A stretch of 64,000 nucleotides of DNA from Octopus vulgaris (lineage: Eukaryota), in NCBI GenBank assembly GCA_951406725.2, contig OX597829.1, positions 57,970,001-58,034,000 on the forward strand. The letters run 5' to 3'. This document shows, piece by piece, positions 50,505 to 64,000 of the stretch; position 1 is the stretch's first letter; each line of letters begins with the position of its first letter. Made by a program: the position numbers and the translations under genes. The notes beneath the pieces are model-generated. The model saw nothing but the letters and a program-made list of their open reading frames with translations, had not been told where the DNA came from and ran no database searches.

Positions 50505-53128
50505 TGTATGTATGTATGTATGTATGTATGCATGTATGTATGTATGTATATGTTTGTGTGTCTGTGTTTGTCCCCCCAACATCGCTTGACAAGCGATGCT
50601 GGTGTGTTTACGTCCCCGTAACTTAACGGTTTGGCAAAAAGAGTCCAATACTAGGCTTATAAAGAATAACTCCTGGGAAACTCAAAAAAGCCCATCATAT
50701 ATATATATAGGTGTAGGAGTGGCTGTGTAGTAAGTAGATTGCTTACGAACCATATGGTTCCGGGTTCAGTCCTACTGAGTGGCACTTTGGGCAAGTGTCT
50801 TCTACTATAGCCTCGGGCCGAACAAAGCCTTGTGAGTGGATTTGGTAGACGGAAACTGAAAGAAGCCCGTCGTATATATATATATATATATGTATGTGTA
50901 TGAATATGTTTCTGTGTCTTTGTTTGATCCCCAATATTGCTTGACAACCGATGCTTGTGTGTTTGTGTCCCCATAACCTAGCAGTTTGGCAAAAAGAGAC
51001 AATAGAATAAGTACTGGGCTTACAAAGAATAAGTCCCGGGGTCGATTTGCTCGACTAAAGGCATTGCTCCTGCATGGCCACAGTCAAATGACTGAAACAA
51101 GTAAAGGAGTAAAAGAGATGTATATTTATTTAGCATGGACATAATTGGTACACACGCACACACACACACACACACACCATATTCAGGTTTGACAACTGTT
51201 ATGTTTCCCTTCTTTCAGAAATAGTCAATGACATTGAAGAGCATAAAAATTCACGTTGTAGCTGAGAAAAAGTTGGAAGCCATCTGAATATTGGAAAAGA
51301 GTTACTGAAGCACAACCTACAAACATTAGGCCTCACGGAGGCAATGACTAGTGACTGAGACCTTTGGAAATATGCTGTGTTTGAGAAGACCTGGCAAGCC
51401 AAGTGAGACCTTAACCCGTGACCTACAACAGTGTAAGTGCTCTGAGGGAGATGTTGGACCTTAGAAGCATCAGATGTGGTGTGCAAGAGAGACGACTGTG
51501 CTGGTATGGTCATATGTTACGTGTGGATGAGGACAGCTGTGTGAAAAAGTGCTACACCCTAGCAGTTGAGGGATCCTGTGGAATAGGCAGACCCAGGAAG
51601 ACCTGGGATGAGGTGGTGAAGCATGACCTTCAAACATTAGGCCTCACCAAGGCAATCATTAGTGACTGAGACCTTTGGAAATATGCTGTGCTTGAGAAAA
51701 CCCGGCAAGTCAAGTGAGACCATAACCTCATGGCCTATTCCATGGGTGTAACCAGCCCACTTATGTGATTACAGACGATAAGTAGCCTAGTCCAGTATGT
51801 ATAAATAGCAGACGTGATAGCTAGTCACAGAAGTGCCACGTAGGGTGACCCGGAGTCGTTAGTAGGGCATTGAGTTCTGTTGAGTTGAGTTGCCGGATGT
51901 GAGAGTTCGGTCGTTGAGTAGAGGCACATAATTGGTGAAGGCCTGCCATCCAAATGTGCAATGTGACCTATACATACATACATCTCTTCGGAGAGCACCT
52001 TCGGTGATGACTGACAATGGAATTGCACCTAGAAAGTTACCCTCCCGGCACAAGTCCTACCCTCTCCACACCACCAGTGTTATCCAAGGGAAAGGCAAAG
52101 GGGCCAATATAGCTTGGCACCTGTGACGTCACAACTCATTTCTACAGCTGAGTGAACTGAAGCAACATGAAATAAAGCATCTTGCTCAAGAACATAACAT
52201 GCAGCCCGGTCTGGGATTCGAACTCACAATCTCACGATCATAAGCTCGACGCTCTAACCACTGAGACATGCGCCTTCACACACACACACGCGCACGCACA
52301 TATTTATATGCTGAAACCCCTTTGGTCATGACTGACCAGGGAATTGCTCCTAGAAAGTTACCCTCCCAGACACAAGTCCGGGTAAGGTTGTTTATGGAAG
52401 GCCAGTGGTCACCCATGCATACCGGCCTCCCTTCTCCATAGCACAGATGCTATCCAAGGGAAAGGCAATTCATTTCTACGGCTGAGTGAACTGGAGCAAT
52501 GTGAAATAAAGCATCTTTCTCAAGAACATAACATGCAGCCCGGTCCGGAATTCGAACTCACAACCTCACAATCGTAAGCTTGATGCTCTAACCACTGAGC
52601 CATGTGCCTTCACTATACAAACATACATACTGCTGCATCGACAACCCCAGATGATAAGTAGCCTAGTCCAATACGTATAAGTAGCAAACGTGCTAGCTAA
52701 TCATTGAAGAGTTGTGTGGGGTGGTCCAGAGCCATGAGCTGGGTGTCAAGTTCTGTTGAGTTGAGTTGTCGGATGTGAGGGTTCGGTATTCGAGGAGAGA
52801 TTTGTTAGTGGCGAAGGCACGCAATCCGAACCAGTTATAAAGCACACACACACATGCGCATAAAAGAAATATACACTCTTTTACTTGTTTCAGTCATTTG
52901 ACTGTGGCCATGCTGGAGCACCGCCTTTAGTAGAGCAAATCGACCCCAGGACTTATTCTTTGTAAGCCCAGTACTTATTCTATCGGTCACATTTGCCGAA
53001 TCACTAAGTTAGAGGGACGTAAACACACCATCATGGGTTGTCAAGCGATGTTGGGGGGACAAACACAGACAAACAAACATAAACACACACACACACACAC
53101 ACATACACACACACACATACACACACAT

Positions 53129-53162
<34 letters not shown>

Positions 53163-53344
53163 CAGGCTTCTTTCAGTTTCCGTCTACCAAATCCATTCAC
53201 AAGGCTTTGGTCAGCCCGAGGCTATAGTAGAAGACACTTGCCCAAGGTGCCACGAGGTGGGACTGATCCCGGAACCATGTGGTTGGTAAGAAATCTACTT
53301 ACCACACAGCCACTCCTACACCTATTTGTATATATATATAGAAC

Positions 53345-54530
53345 AACTTCCACCACATTCCAGGGAGAAAAACTAGAAATAGTTGATAGCTTCCGTTACC
53401 TAGGTGACCAAGTCAGTAGCGGGGGAGGGTGCTAAGAATAGCTTGGGCAAATTCAGAGAGATCTTACCCCTGCTGGTGATAAAGGGCCTCTTGCTAAAAG
53501 TAAAAGGTAGACTGTATGACGCATGTGTACGAACAGCCATGCTACATGGCAGTGAATCATGGGCTGTGACTGCTGAGGACATGCGTAAGCTAGCAAGCAA
53601 TGAAGCCAGTATGATCCGACGGATGTGTAATGTCAGTGTGCATACTCAACAGAGTGTAGGTACCTTCAGAGAAAAGTTGAACCTAAGAAGCATCAGATGT
53701 GGTGTGCAAGAGAGACGACTGCGCTGGTATGGCCATGTGGCGAGAATGGATGAGGATAGCTGTGTGAGAAAGTGCCACACTCTAGCGGTTGAGGGAACCT
53801 GTGAGGAAGACCTGGGATGAAGTGGTGAAGCACAACATTCGAACTTTAGGCCTCACCAAGGAAATGACTAGTGACCGAGACCTTTGGAAATATGCTGTGC
53901 TTAAGAAGACCCGGCAAGCCAAATGAGACCATAACCTTGTGGTCTATGCCAGGGGTGTAACCAGCCCACTTACGCATACCTTTTCCTTCTTTGGACACTA
54001 AACTCTGCTTGCGAAAACCTGTTGAGGCAAGTGAAATCGAAATAGAAATCAAAGTGAAATTCGATGACGTGCACGAGCACCATACGAGTGTGATCGTTGA
54101 CAGAGCGGCTAACTGGCTTCTGTGCCAGTGGCACATAAAAGACACCATTCGAGTGTGATCGTTACCAGCTTCACCTTACTGGCTTCCGTGCCGGTGGCAT
54201 GTAGGAGGCACCATTCGAGCGGTCTCATTACCAGCATTGCCTTACTGGAACCTGTGCCGTTGGCATGTGTAAAAAAAGAAAAAAAAAAAAAAAATTTGAG
54301 CAAGGTCATTGCCAGTGCCACCTGACTGGCCCCCGTGCTGGTGGCATGTAAAAGCACACACTACACTCTCGGAATGGTTGGCGTTAGGAAGGGCATCCAG
54401 CTGTAGAAACTCTGCCAGATCAGACTGGAGACTGGTGCAGCCATCTGGTTCGGCAGCCAACAGTCAAACTGTCCAACCCATGCTAGCATGGAAAGCGGAC
54501 GTTAATCGATGATGATGATAATGATGATGA
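53345..54530 (+). mobile_element. RTE LINE 3' portion (ORF2 C-terminus, repeat-bearing UTR and tail)
   Basis: ORF 53404-53820 reads 'KGRLYDACVRTAMLHGSESW...RLRWYGHVARM'. Confidence 0.88.
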
Positions 54531-54847
54531 TATATATACACACATATATGATGATATATATACACACTTATATGATAATATATATACACACACATATATA
54601 TATATATACGACGGGCTTCTTTCAGTTTCCATCCACCACAATCCACTCACAAGGCTTTGGTTGGCCTGAGGCTATAGTAGAAGACACTTGCCCAAGGTGC
54701 CACGCAATGGGACTGAACCCGGAACCATGTGGTTGGGAAGCAAGCTACTTACCACACAGCCACTCCAGCGCCTATACATACATTATGTAAAAACAATATT
54801 CATTAAAGAAAAAAACAGAATGAACAAATGAGCTACAAAACACTCAC

Positions 54848-54886
54848 CTTTCTTCGCCCTTTCTCCATTATCTTTTCAGCCACACC
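54848..54886 (-). CDS. Putative 39-nt upstream exon (GVAEKIMEKGRRK) of the two-TM gene transcript; part of the 57-aa upstream ORF
   Basis: Acceptor tgtgtag and strong donor AAG|gtgagt in an island of unique sequence. Phase 0 to 0. Confidence 0.5.
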
Positions 54887-55858
54887 CTACACACACATAA
54901 CAGAAATACTAACACATGATAAGCCTCTTAGTATAATGATTTATAGACATTATTAATAGTGAAGACAAACAGACACACTCAAAAAAGCATACCCCTGTAT
55001 AAAGATAATTATTTGTTCAATATCTGTATGATTGTAGTACACCACATATATACACACAAGATATAAACTGGAACTATAGGCGCAGGAGTGGCTGTGTGGT
55101 TAGTAGCTTGCTTACCAACCACATGGTTCTGAGTTCAGTCCCACTGCGTGGCACCTTGGACAAGTGTCTTCTACTATAGCCTTGGACCCGACCAAAGCCT
55201 TGTGAGTGGATTTGGTAGGCGGAAACTGAAAGAAGCCTGTCGCATATATATATATATGTGTGTGTGTGTGTATGACTGTGTGTGTGGGTGTGTATATATA
55301 CACACAGGATTGGTTGTGTGGTAAGTAGCTTGCTTACCAACCTCACGGTTCCGAGTTCAGTCCCACTATGTGGCACTTTGGGCAAGTTTCTTCTATTATA
55401 GCCATCTGGTTCACAAAAGCACCCACTACACTCTTGGGGTGGTTGGTGTTAGGAAGGGCATCCAGCTGTAGAAACTCTGCCAGATCAGATTGGAGCCTGG
55501 TGCAGCCATCTGGTTTGCCAGTCCTTGCACCACGGGTCCACCAAATCCTCTTTTATTGTTTTATTCAGTATATTCATTTCTAAATTTATCCATCTCACAC
55601 ATACCGAAGTATATAGCATGCACCGCGTCCCATAATAAATACCTACAGCATGCACATACACATACAAATAGAACCCTCCACACATACGCACACATGCAGA
55701 CATACACACATATGCATACATACATACATACATATATGCAGACCTATATACACCCAATCACACACGTCCTCACACACTCATAGACATAGATGGCCACATT
55801 GAAACTCGTATGTGCACACAAAAACACACGCATGTGGCAACACCAATGCACTGGCATT

Positions 55859-56297
<439 letters not shown>

Positions 56298-57205
56298 TTC
56301 TTTATTGGCCACACAGGGCTAGTCACAGAGGGGACAATTTCAATGTAGAGTTTTTCTTTTCTGTTCGAGGTGAAAACAAAGGGAAAAAATAGGGACAACG
56401 ATCAAAAGGGATCGAAATCGTTGGGGATATATGCAAAAAATTTGGAAATAGTACAAAAAGTTCCCAAGAAATGAGGAGGTTTATCTGTGGAAAGAAAAAC
56501 CTACGAAAAGACCACAGTAACCTCGGGCAATTACGTCACATATTAACAAATTTATTTACAAATAAGTAACTCTCTTTTAAATTTTTACGGTTCATAGGAT
56601 CATGCTCAAGGTGGCTTCATCATTCATAGGTGCCATCCTTGCTATATTTACCCATCTTTTTTTAAACAGTCGCTAGACAAAACTTGCCTCTCTACTCTCA
56701 CTTTCCTCTTCAAGTGATACTTGAAAAAGTTGATGAGAGATTGACCAGAGAGGAAAGTGTTTGTCTCTAATCCTTTCAGGTGCGTCTACTAGATACATTC
56801 TTTCGCCATAGCCACAAGTATTATGAAAATAGCTCTTCCTTCCTGTTTGAAGGAAGGAGGTGTGACAATATTGACGATAGACTCAGCTGATAAACCGACT
56901 CGTTCCACACGTGACAGCAGTCGTTCGACATAAGCCCACGGGTCGGAAATGGTTGGACAATGCACGAGTGCGTGCAGAACGGTTTCGTCGCTCTGACCGC
57001 ATCTCGGGCAGGTCGGCCCCGTGTTTCTCGAACAATGTCTATAGCGCTTCTCGATAGCACTGCCAGGCCAGGGATCTCTGGAAATTGTCCATACGTCCCG
57101 GCCCGAAAGTTGTTTTGAACAGGCGGGTCAGGTATTCTTCGTCGACGCCCAGGTATGCCCCGAGATCGTTATCGTACCTCCCCTCCACAGGTTTGCCCCG
57201 TAGCT
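56298..57205 (-). mobile_element. L1/Tx1-like LINE 3' fragment
   Basis: Minus-strand peptides 'FQRSLAWQCYREAL', 'CPRCGQSDETVLHALVHC' (zf-RVT-like) and 'FFKYHLKRKVRVER'. The 3' end AATAAAG runs into (ATCT)n. Confidence 0.7.
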
Positions 57206-57267
57206 TAATGCCCGAAACAAGTAAAACGAATAAACAAGCATACATACATACATACATACATACTTAC

Positions 57268-57298
<31 letters not shown>

Positions 57299-57444
57299 CA
57301 CACACCCATATACATACATACATACACACACACACACATACATAAATACATACATACATACATACATACACACACACATACATAAATACATACATACATA
57401 CATACATACAAACACATACATACATACATACATACATACATTTC

Positions 57445-57735
57445 GCTTAATGGTAGACTCTCGCGTCCGAGGAAGACGGTTCTGCAACTTCTTGCTGAGC
57501 AAACTGTACAGATGATGTGTTTGCGTTGATCAAATGCTTGTGCTGCACATAAGCGCACACCCTCCATCATATCTATACTCACACTATAACTGCACAGGTT
57601 CACGGTGTGCCAAATGCCAATGTCGAAATGTTCGCAGAGTAAGATGAGATGAAGTGTTTTGCTGAAGAACACAACGCAACGCCCAGCTCGAGAATCGAAC
57701 ATGCGATTTCGCTATCGCCTGTGCAAATCCCCTAA
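57445..57735 (-). mobile_element. Diverged tRNA-derived SINE
   Basis: Minus-strand 'GTTCGATTCTCGAGCTGGGCGTTGCGTTGTGTTCTTCAGCAAAACACTTCAT' resembles the head of family 4. Confidence 0.55.
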
Positions 57736-58368
57736 CAACGCCCACACACATTACACACACACACACAAACGCACATACACAAACGCACACACACACAAAC
57801 GCACACACACACACACACACACTAACACAAATATTTACTGTTTGGGTTTATGTTACAATAAAACCAATTTTACTCTACTTAGGATTATACAATACATTTG
57901 TTTGAGCAGAAATTTATTGTACTTTAAGAAGTAAAACATTGACAGTGGCTTCAAATTTTCGGTTAGCCATCATTGGATTGTCTGATGATGGCTTAGCTGG
58001 ACCTCGGTGTATCTACCAATGCTATACATACCACAGACAGACACAGAGATAAACACAGTCACGCAAACACTCAGATATTTATAGTTAATTATTTACGTAA
58101 AAAACAAAAAACGAAAAAGAAAACCCAGCTAAAGCGGAATGTTTGCACGAAAGAAGAAAACAAAATCTTAGGTATTTAGCATCTTAGTGATGCTAGCGTC
58201 GTTTTCCAGCATCCCAGTTACTGATAACTGATGGCATCTCTCTCTCTTTCTCTCACTCTCTCTCTCTGCATCATACACCCACACACCCATTGCATATCTA
58301 CACATACACACATATAAATATATATATTTATTTATATATATTAAAAGCATTCATATTATACATAAATA

Positions 58369-58445
58369 CTTCACGTTACGAGGAACTCTTAAAGTCAAAA
58401 CTAATTATGGTAGTGTTAACTTTAAGCGTCCCTCGTAGCGCGAAG
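58369..58445. repeat. Second copy of the long palindrome
   Basis: CTTCACGTTACGAGGAACTCTTAAAGTCAAAACTA...TAGTGTTAACTTTAAGCGTCCCTCGTAGCGCGAAG. Confidence 0.85.
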
Positions 58446-58485
58446 CATTTATGTATAGTAATTCTTTTGATACTCTTTACTCTTT

Positions 58486-58855
58486 TCTTCTCTGTGTCTG
58501 TGTGTTCGTGCTTGTTCTTCTCTGTGTCTGTGTGTGCGTCGCTTGTTCTTTTCTGTGTCTGTGTGTGCGTCGCTTGTTCTTCTCTGTGTCTGTGTGTGCG
58601 TCGCTTGTTCTTTTCTGTGTCTGTGTGTGCGTCGTTTGTTCTTCTCTGTGTCTGTGTGTGTGGCTTGTGTGCTTGTTCTCTGTGTCTGTGTGTGCGTGCT
58701 GGTTCTTCTCTGTGTGCGTTTGCGTTCTTATTCTTTTCTGTGTGTGCGTGTGCGTGCTTGTTTTCTGCTGTGTTTGTGTGTGCGTCGCTTGTTCGTATCT
58801 GTGTGTGTGCGTGTATGCGCGCACTTGTTCGTGTGTGTGTGTGTGTGCTTGCACG
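58486..58855 (+). repeat. 31-bp minisatellite (TTCTTCTCTGTGTCTGTGTGTGCGTCGCTTG)n, decaying rightwards
   Basis: Direct inspection. Confidence 0.88.
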
Positions 58856-59393
58856 CGCACACACAGACACGAACAACCCCGAAGTGAATAGTCGAGTTGT
58901 CACGGAAACAGTCGAGTGTTTATTTTGGTGTTCTCGATCGAATGAATGCCAGGCTTCGACATAACTCGACAATTCACTTCGGATATCTCCGTGACAGCTG
59001 CTGAAATCAACGAAGCACATGGTTCCGGGTTCATTCCCACTGCGTGCCACCTTGGGCAAGTGTCTTTTACTGCAGCCTCGGACCTCATTATATCTATTTT
59101 AGCCGTCGTCACGGAGAAGATCCGAAGTGAATTGTCGAGTTATAGCGAAGATATCCGAACGGAAATGTTAAATGTTGTCGAGGTATGTGGAAGGAATGCC
59201 GTAGTAGTCTTACAAAGAATAAGTCCTGGGGTCGATTTGCTCGACTAAAGGCGATGTTCCAGCATGGCCGCTGTGAAATGACTGCAACAAGTAAGCGAAT
59301 AAACGAACAGAAGGTTTATAATTATTAATGAGACAGGCAGAGAACCTGATAAGCATTAGGCGTTCATGTTTAATTAAATATGCGTGTGTGCGT

Positions 59394-59425
<32 letters not shown>

Positions 59426-59508
59426 CAGAGAGCGAGAGAGAGGAGGAGGAGGCGGAGGGATGAAAAGCGAAAGTAGAAATCGACCATTACCGATCGGAAT
59501 ATACTTAC

Positions 59509-59622
59509 ATCTTCTGTTGTAAATAAATACACAAGCTGGCGTAGTGTAAGGTACCAAGTCTTCTTGGCCGAAGAAGCAAGAGCGGGTCCTTCTCTGGGTG
59601 TTCCGAGGCCCGAAAGACCCAT
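59509..59622 (-). CDS. Putative first exon ORF (MGLSGLGTPREGPALASSAKKTWYLTLRQLVYLFTTED) of the 57-aa upstream ORF
   Basis: ataATGG start, GC-richer unique sequence, perfect donor gtaagt, phase 0. Confidence 0.5.
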
Positions 59623-60093
59623 TATTATTATTTTTTTTTGGCCCCAGCCCAGGCAGATCCGACAACACACCAACACTAACTGACACACGTAGTAGCTATT
59701 TTTACTCATCCCCCACTCTAAACATCCGCCTCCAACCCACATTCACTCACACACACACACACACACATAGATAATCTTACGTAAATTAACAATAATAATT
59801 AATTAATAAATTACAACAATTATTTATTAATTATTATTATTATTATTATTATCATTATTATTATTATTATTGTTGTTGTTGTTGTTGCTGTTGTTATTTC
59901 AGAGAGAGAACGAAAGACGAAAATAGAATTTTTTAAAAAGTTAAACAGGAGTGGCTGTGTGGTAAGTAGCATGCTTACCAACCACATGGTTCCGGGTTCA
60001 GTTCCACTGCTGACCAAAGCCTTGTGAGTAGATTTGGTAGACGGAAACTGAAAAGAAGCCCGTCGTGTATATAGATAGATAGATAGATATATG

Positions 60094-60133
<40 letters not shown>

Positions 60134-60134
60134 C

Positions 60135-60327
60135 CGTTGGCGATTTTCTTCCTCTGTCTTCCCTTCTCTGGATCTTTCTTTCTCCTGTTTCCGACGAGGA
60201 GCTCTGCTCGAAACGTTAAACCCTCCTTCTTTCCTTCTTTCCTGAGCGTCCAACAATAATACTATATTTGTTCCACGCCTCGCGTTGTTGTGTTTTTTTT
60301 TTTGTGCTTTCTTGTTTGGATTAACTT

Positions 60328-60330
<3 letters not shown>
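60135..60330 (+). mobile_element. Penelope-like pseudo-LTR fragment with a hammerhead-like motif (60187-60221)
   Basis: GTTT-CCGACGA-g-GAGC-TCT-GCTC-GAAA-CG-TT-AAAC. The core has CCGACGA instead of CUGANGA. Confidence 0.5.
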
Positions 60331-60362
<32 letters not shown>

Positions 60363-60389
60363 GTATGTATGTATATATATATGTATATA

Positions 60390-60429
<40 letters not shown>

Positions 60430-60442
60430 GTATGTATGTATG

Positions 60443-60520
<78 letters not shown>

Positions 60521-60637
60521 GGCGCAGGCGCAGGAGTGGCTGTGTGGTAAGTGGGTTTCTTACCAACCATATGGTTCTGGGTTCAGTCCCACTGCATGGC
60601 ACCTTGGGCAAGTGTCTTCTACTATATCCTCGAGCTG

Positions 60638-60823
60638 AGGGGTTTAGGGTTAGGGTTAAGGTTAGGGTTTTAGGATTAGTGTTGGGGGAAAAAGTCAAAA
60701 TTGAAAAAGTTGGTGGAGAAAGGGTGGAAAAAAGTTTCACAATGCTGATTTTCTTTGCCAAAGAAAATTTTTTAAATAAACAAATTTAGGAGAAAATAGG
60801 GGTGGGGGATGGGCGGAAGTCTT
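60638..60823 (-). mobile_element. Short copy of the telomere-bearing modular element
   Basis: Reverse complement begins AAGACTTCCGCCC, contains CATTGTGAAA and ends CAACACTAATCCTAAAACCCTAAC, as at 18421-18740 and 20587-20940. Confidence 0.75.
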
Positions 60824-62566
60824 TCTCAAAAAGGAAATTTTAAACAGTTACATTTTATGTAATGAAATAGTATATTCTTGATTATGGCATATAACTGGTC
60901 AGTTTCCGTCTACCAAATCCACTCGCAAGCCATTGATCGGCCCATGGCTATAGTAGAAGACACTTGCCCAAGGTTCCACGCAGTGGGTTGTACCCGGAAC
61001 CATGTGGTTGGTAAGCAAGTCACTTACTACACAGCCACTCATGTGCCTATATATATATTCATTTCCAAAATAAATTATTATTATTATCAGCCATTATTAT
61101 TATTATTATAAATAAATTATTACCAATCATTATATTATTATAAATAATGTTATATAAATAAATTATTCACTAAGCTGGCAGAATCGTTAGCAAGCTGGAC
61201 AAAATGCTTAGCGGTGTTTTGCCCGTTGCTGCATTCTGAGTTCAAATTCCGCCAAGATTGAATTTGCTTTTTATCCTTTCAGGGTCAATAAATTGATTAT
61301 CAGTGAAACACTGGGGTCGATGTAATCAACTACGTCCCTACCCCTAATTTCAGGCCGAGTGCCTTTAGTAGAAAGGATTATTATTACTGTTATTAGCAGT
61401 CATTATTATTATTATAAATAATATTATATAAATTATATATTATTTTTTATTTATGTGCCATTTTCAAGCCTAGCCAGGCTCATGGGCCCAGTTTCCCGGT
61501 TTCTGTGGCGTATGTTCCCCCCAGCTGGACAGGACGCCAGTCCATCGCAGCATTGCCCAAGAAATGGGGAAAAAGTTGAGGTGAAAGAGTACAAGAGGGG
61601 TTGCCACCATCCCCTGCTGGAGCCTCGTGGAGCTTTAGGTGTTTTCGCTCAATAAACACACACAATGCCCGGTCTGGGAATCGAAACTGCGATCCTCCGA
61701 CTGCAAGTCCGCTGCCCTAACCACTGGGCCATTGCGCCTCAACATATTATATTATATAATTATATAAATTATTATATTATATAAATAATATTAGGGTTAT
61801 TATATATAGCATAAATTATTTGGTGAGGTGGCAGAATCGTTAGCACACTGGGCAAAATGCTTAGTGGCATTTCATCCGTCTTTATGTTCTGAGTTCAAAT
61901 TCCGCTGAGATCAACTTTGCTTTTCATCCTTTCAGAATTGATGAAATAAGTACCAGTTATGCACTGAGGTTGATGTATTCAACTTATCCCTGCCCCCATA
62001 ATTTTAGACCTTGTGCACTTAGTAGAAAGGATTATTATTATTATAAATAATATTATATAGATAAATTATTCGGTGAGCTGGCAGAATTGTTAGCACGCTG
62101 GGTGATGTGCTGAGTGGCATTTTGTCTGTCTTCATGTTCTGAGTTCAAGTTCCGCCGAGGTCGATTTTGCCTTTCATCCTTTCATCCTTTCGGGGTCAAT
62201 GATTAAGTACCAGTGAAACACTGGGGTCAATGAATTCAACTTATCCCCTCCTCTGAAATTACAGGACTTGTGCGTATAGTAGAAAGGATTATTATTTTTT
62301 TTAATGTTATTGTTGCTTTGTTTTTTATGTGAACCATTCCAAGTTTTCTCCAGAGACCTTAAGTAACAGCAAGCTGTATGGTTTACTATGATTTATTTAT
62401 GATTAGCAATGATATATTACAAGGAAAGGAGACAGAAATCTGAGAGTTGCGATTCTGTTAAATTTGTAATATTTGAGTTTTAAGAGAATCAGGTAGTTTG
62501 AAGTTGACAATGTTTTTCTTAAGATGTGTGCAGTATCCATGAGTACAACATTTTGTAGTTCTAATT

Positions 62567-63160
62567 CAGGGGTTCCAAACCATTTTTTTTTCTATGGACC
62601 CCTTTGATTTGATTACTATTTCATTCTGGTGGACTACCCCCCATCCCTGCCATTCCATGTTTAAAAATAGTTTTATAGAAACTTCTTTCAAAATTCCTAT
62701 TTTGTAGGCTGAACTATGTAGTGTTAGTGAAAGAAATCTAAATGTTTTTTGCAATACATAACCAATACATACATCTACAGCAGGGGTTCTCACCTATTCT
62801 TATCTGTGGACCCCTTCGATCACTATTTTATTCTAGTGGACCCCCAAAGCCATTCGATGTTTAAAAACTAATTTTATAGAAACTTCCTTCAAATTTTCTT
62901 ATTTTGTTTTTCACACATCAACTTGTGTAGGTTGAACAATGTAAAATGTTAGGGAAAGAAACCCAGCTGTTTCTTGCAATAAAGACCAATACATACCTCT
63001 GAAGCAGGGGTTCTTAACTATTTCTTATATGTGGCCCCCCTTAGCCATTCGATGTTTAAAAACTAGTTTCATAGAAACTTCTTTCAAAATTTCTGTTTTG
63101 TCTTTCACACATCAACTTGCGTAGGTTGAACAATGTAAAATGTCAGAGAAAGAAACCTAT
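62567..63160 (+). mobile_element. Three tandem hAT-like MITE 5' ends
   Basis: CAGGGGTTC...TGG(A/C)CCCC at 62567, 62781 and 63004, with a shared downstream sequence. Confidence 0.6.
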
Positions 63161-64000
63161 TACACCATACCATTTTATAATATTGACACCTTGGAAGATA
63201 TAGAGCATGTCATAGAAAAATGGCTTAAACAACTTTATATTAAATGTCTGCTCTCTCAAACGTTCTTATTGAAATATATATATATATTTTATTTTTAAAA
63301 AAACATCTATTTTATTATGTATTAGCAGTGTTTTTTTTTGTTTTTTTTTCATTGTTCAATAGAATATCTTTTTAATTTCCTGGAACCACATTTCTGGCAG
63401 TAATTAAATGTCTGATTAGATCTACTCCCCTTTTTATTTAACTGCATTTTTGGTAAAGTAATGTATTAAAAAAAAACAAAAAAAAGATTTTCTTTTTACT
63501 GTCAGAATTATGAATACATTGCTAACGAGAGGGGTGAACCACCTCAACGAGCAGCTAAATTAATATTATTATTATTTATTCATTTATATGTTTGTTTTAA
63601 TTATTTTTCTTTTGACCCTGAACAACAAACGCACCCACCTCCATCATTGCAATCTTTCTGCTGCCTAAACAAGCTGGTTTATCGGTTGTCTTCGAGAATC
63701 ACGACTTGGTTGGGGTACGTGTCACACTGTACAAACAGATAGCGATATTCATATTTCCCATTTTCATTCTGAATTAAATAAATAAATAATAACAATAATA
63801 AGGATTTAAAATTTCGGCAAAAGGCCAGCAATTTTGTGGGAGCGGGTAAGTTGATTACATCGACCCCCCCCCCCCCAGTGTTCCACTGCTGCTTATTTTA
63901 TCGACCCTGAAGGAGTGAAGAGCAAGGTCGACCTCGGCAGAATTTGAACTCAGAACGTTAAGTATGAACGAAGTGCCACTGAGCATTTGGCCTGGTGTGC

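Noticed and set aside
57980-58000. CTGATGA motif as a hammerhead (also at 22933)
   Set aside because: No stem II, GAAA or NUH arrangement follows.
58290-59059. 220-aa Cys/Val-rich or His/Thr-rich ORFs
   Set aside because: Translations of the 31-bp minisatellite.

Overview
Eukaryotic, AT-rich, repeat-dense genomic DNA with no prokaryotic features. The SINE, RTE and microsatellite landscape suggests a coleoid cephalopod such as Octopus (inference). Two spliced genes on the minus strand were reconstructed by hand from GT-AG exons. (1) Max (bHLH-Zip): coding exons at 13291-13329, 12066-12179 and 2044-2167, with the last exon probably left of the window. (2) A 257-aa two-TM protein with two PPxY motifs: exons 43037-43211, 40189-40331, 27196-27305 and 24515-24860. 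Its apparent upstream exons (59509-59622, 54848-54886) splice into a separate 57-aa ORF that stops 70 nt before the main ATG, a candidate bicistronic or uORF microprotein. The rest is mobile DNA: RTE, CR1-like and Tx1-like LINE pieces, several tRNA-SINE families, Helitrons, a piggyBac derivative, MITEs, and at least five families of Penelope-like repeats carrying type I hammerhead ribozyme motifs. One of these has a tRNA-derived Pol III head in front of tandem 188-nt hammerhead units. A modular element at 17.6-22.3 kb carries outward-facing telomere-like arrays plus a 41-bp-arm palindrome. Nearly all listed six-frame ORFs are microsatellite or repeat artefacts. Repeat boundaries are approximate.
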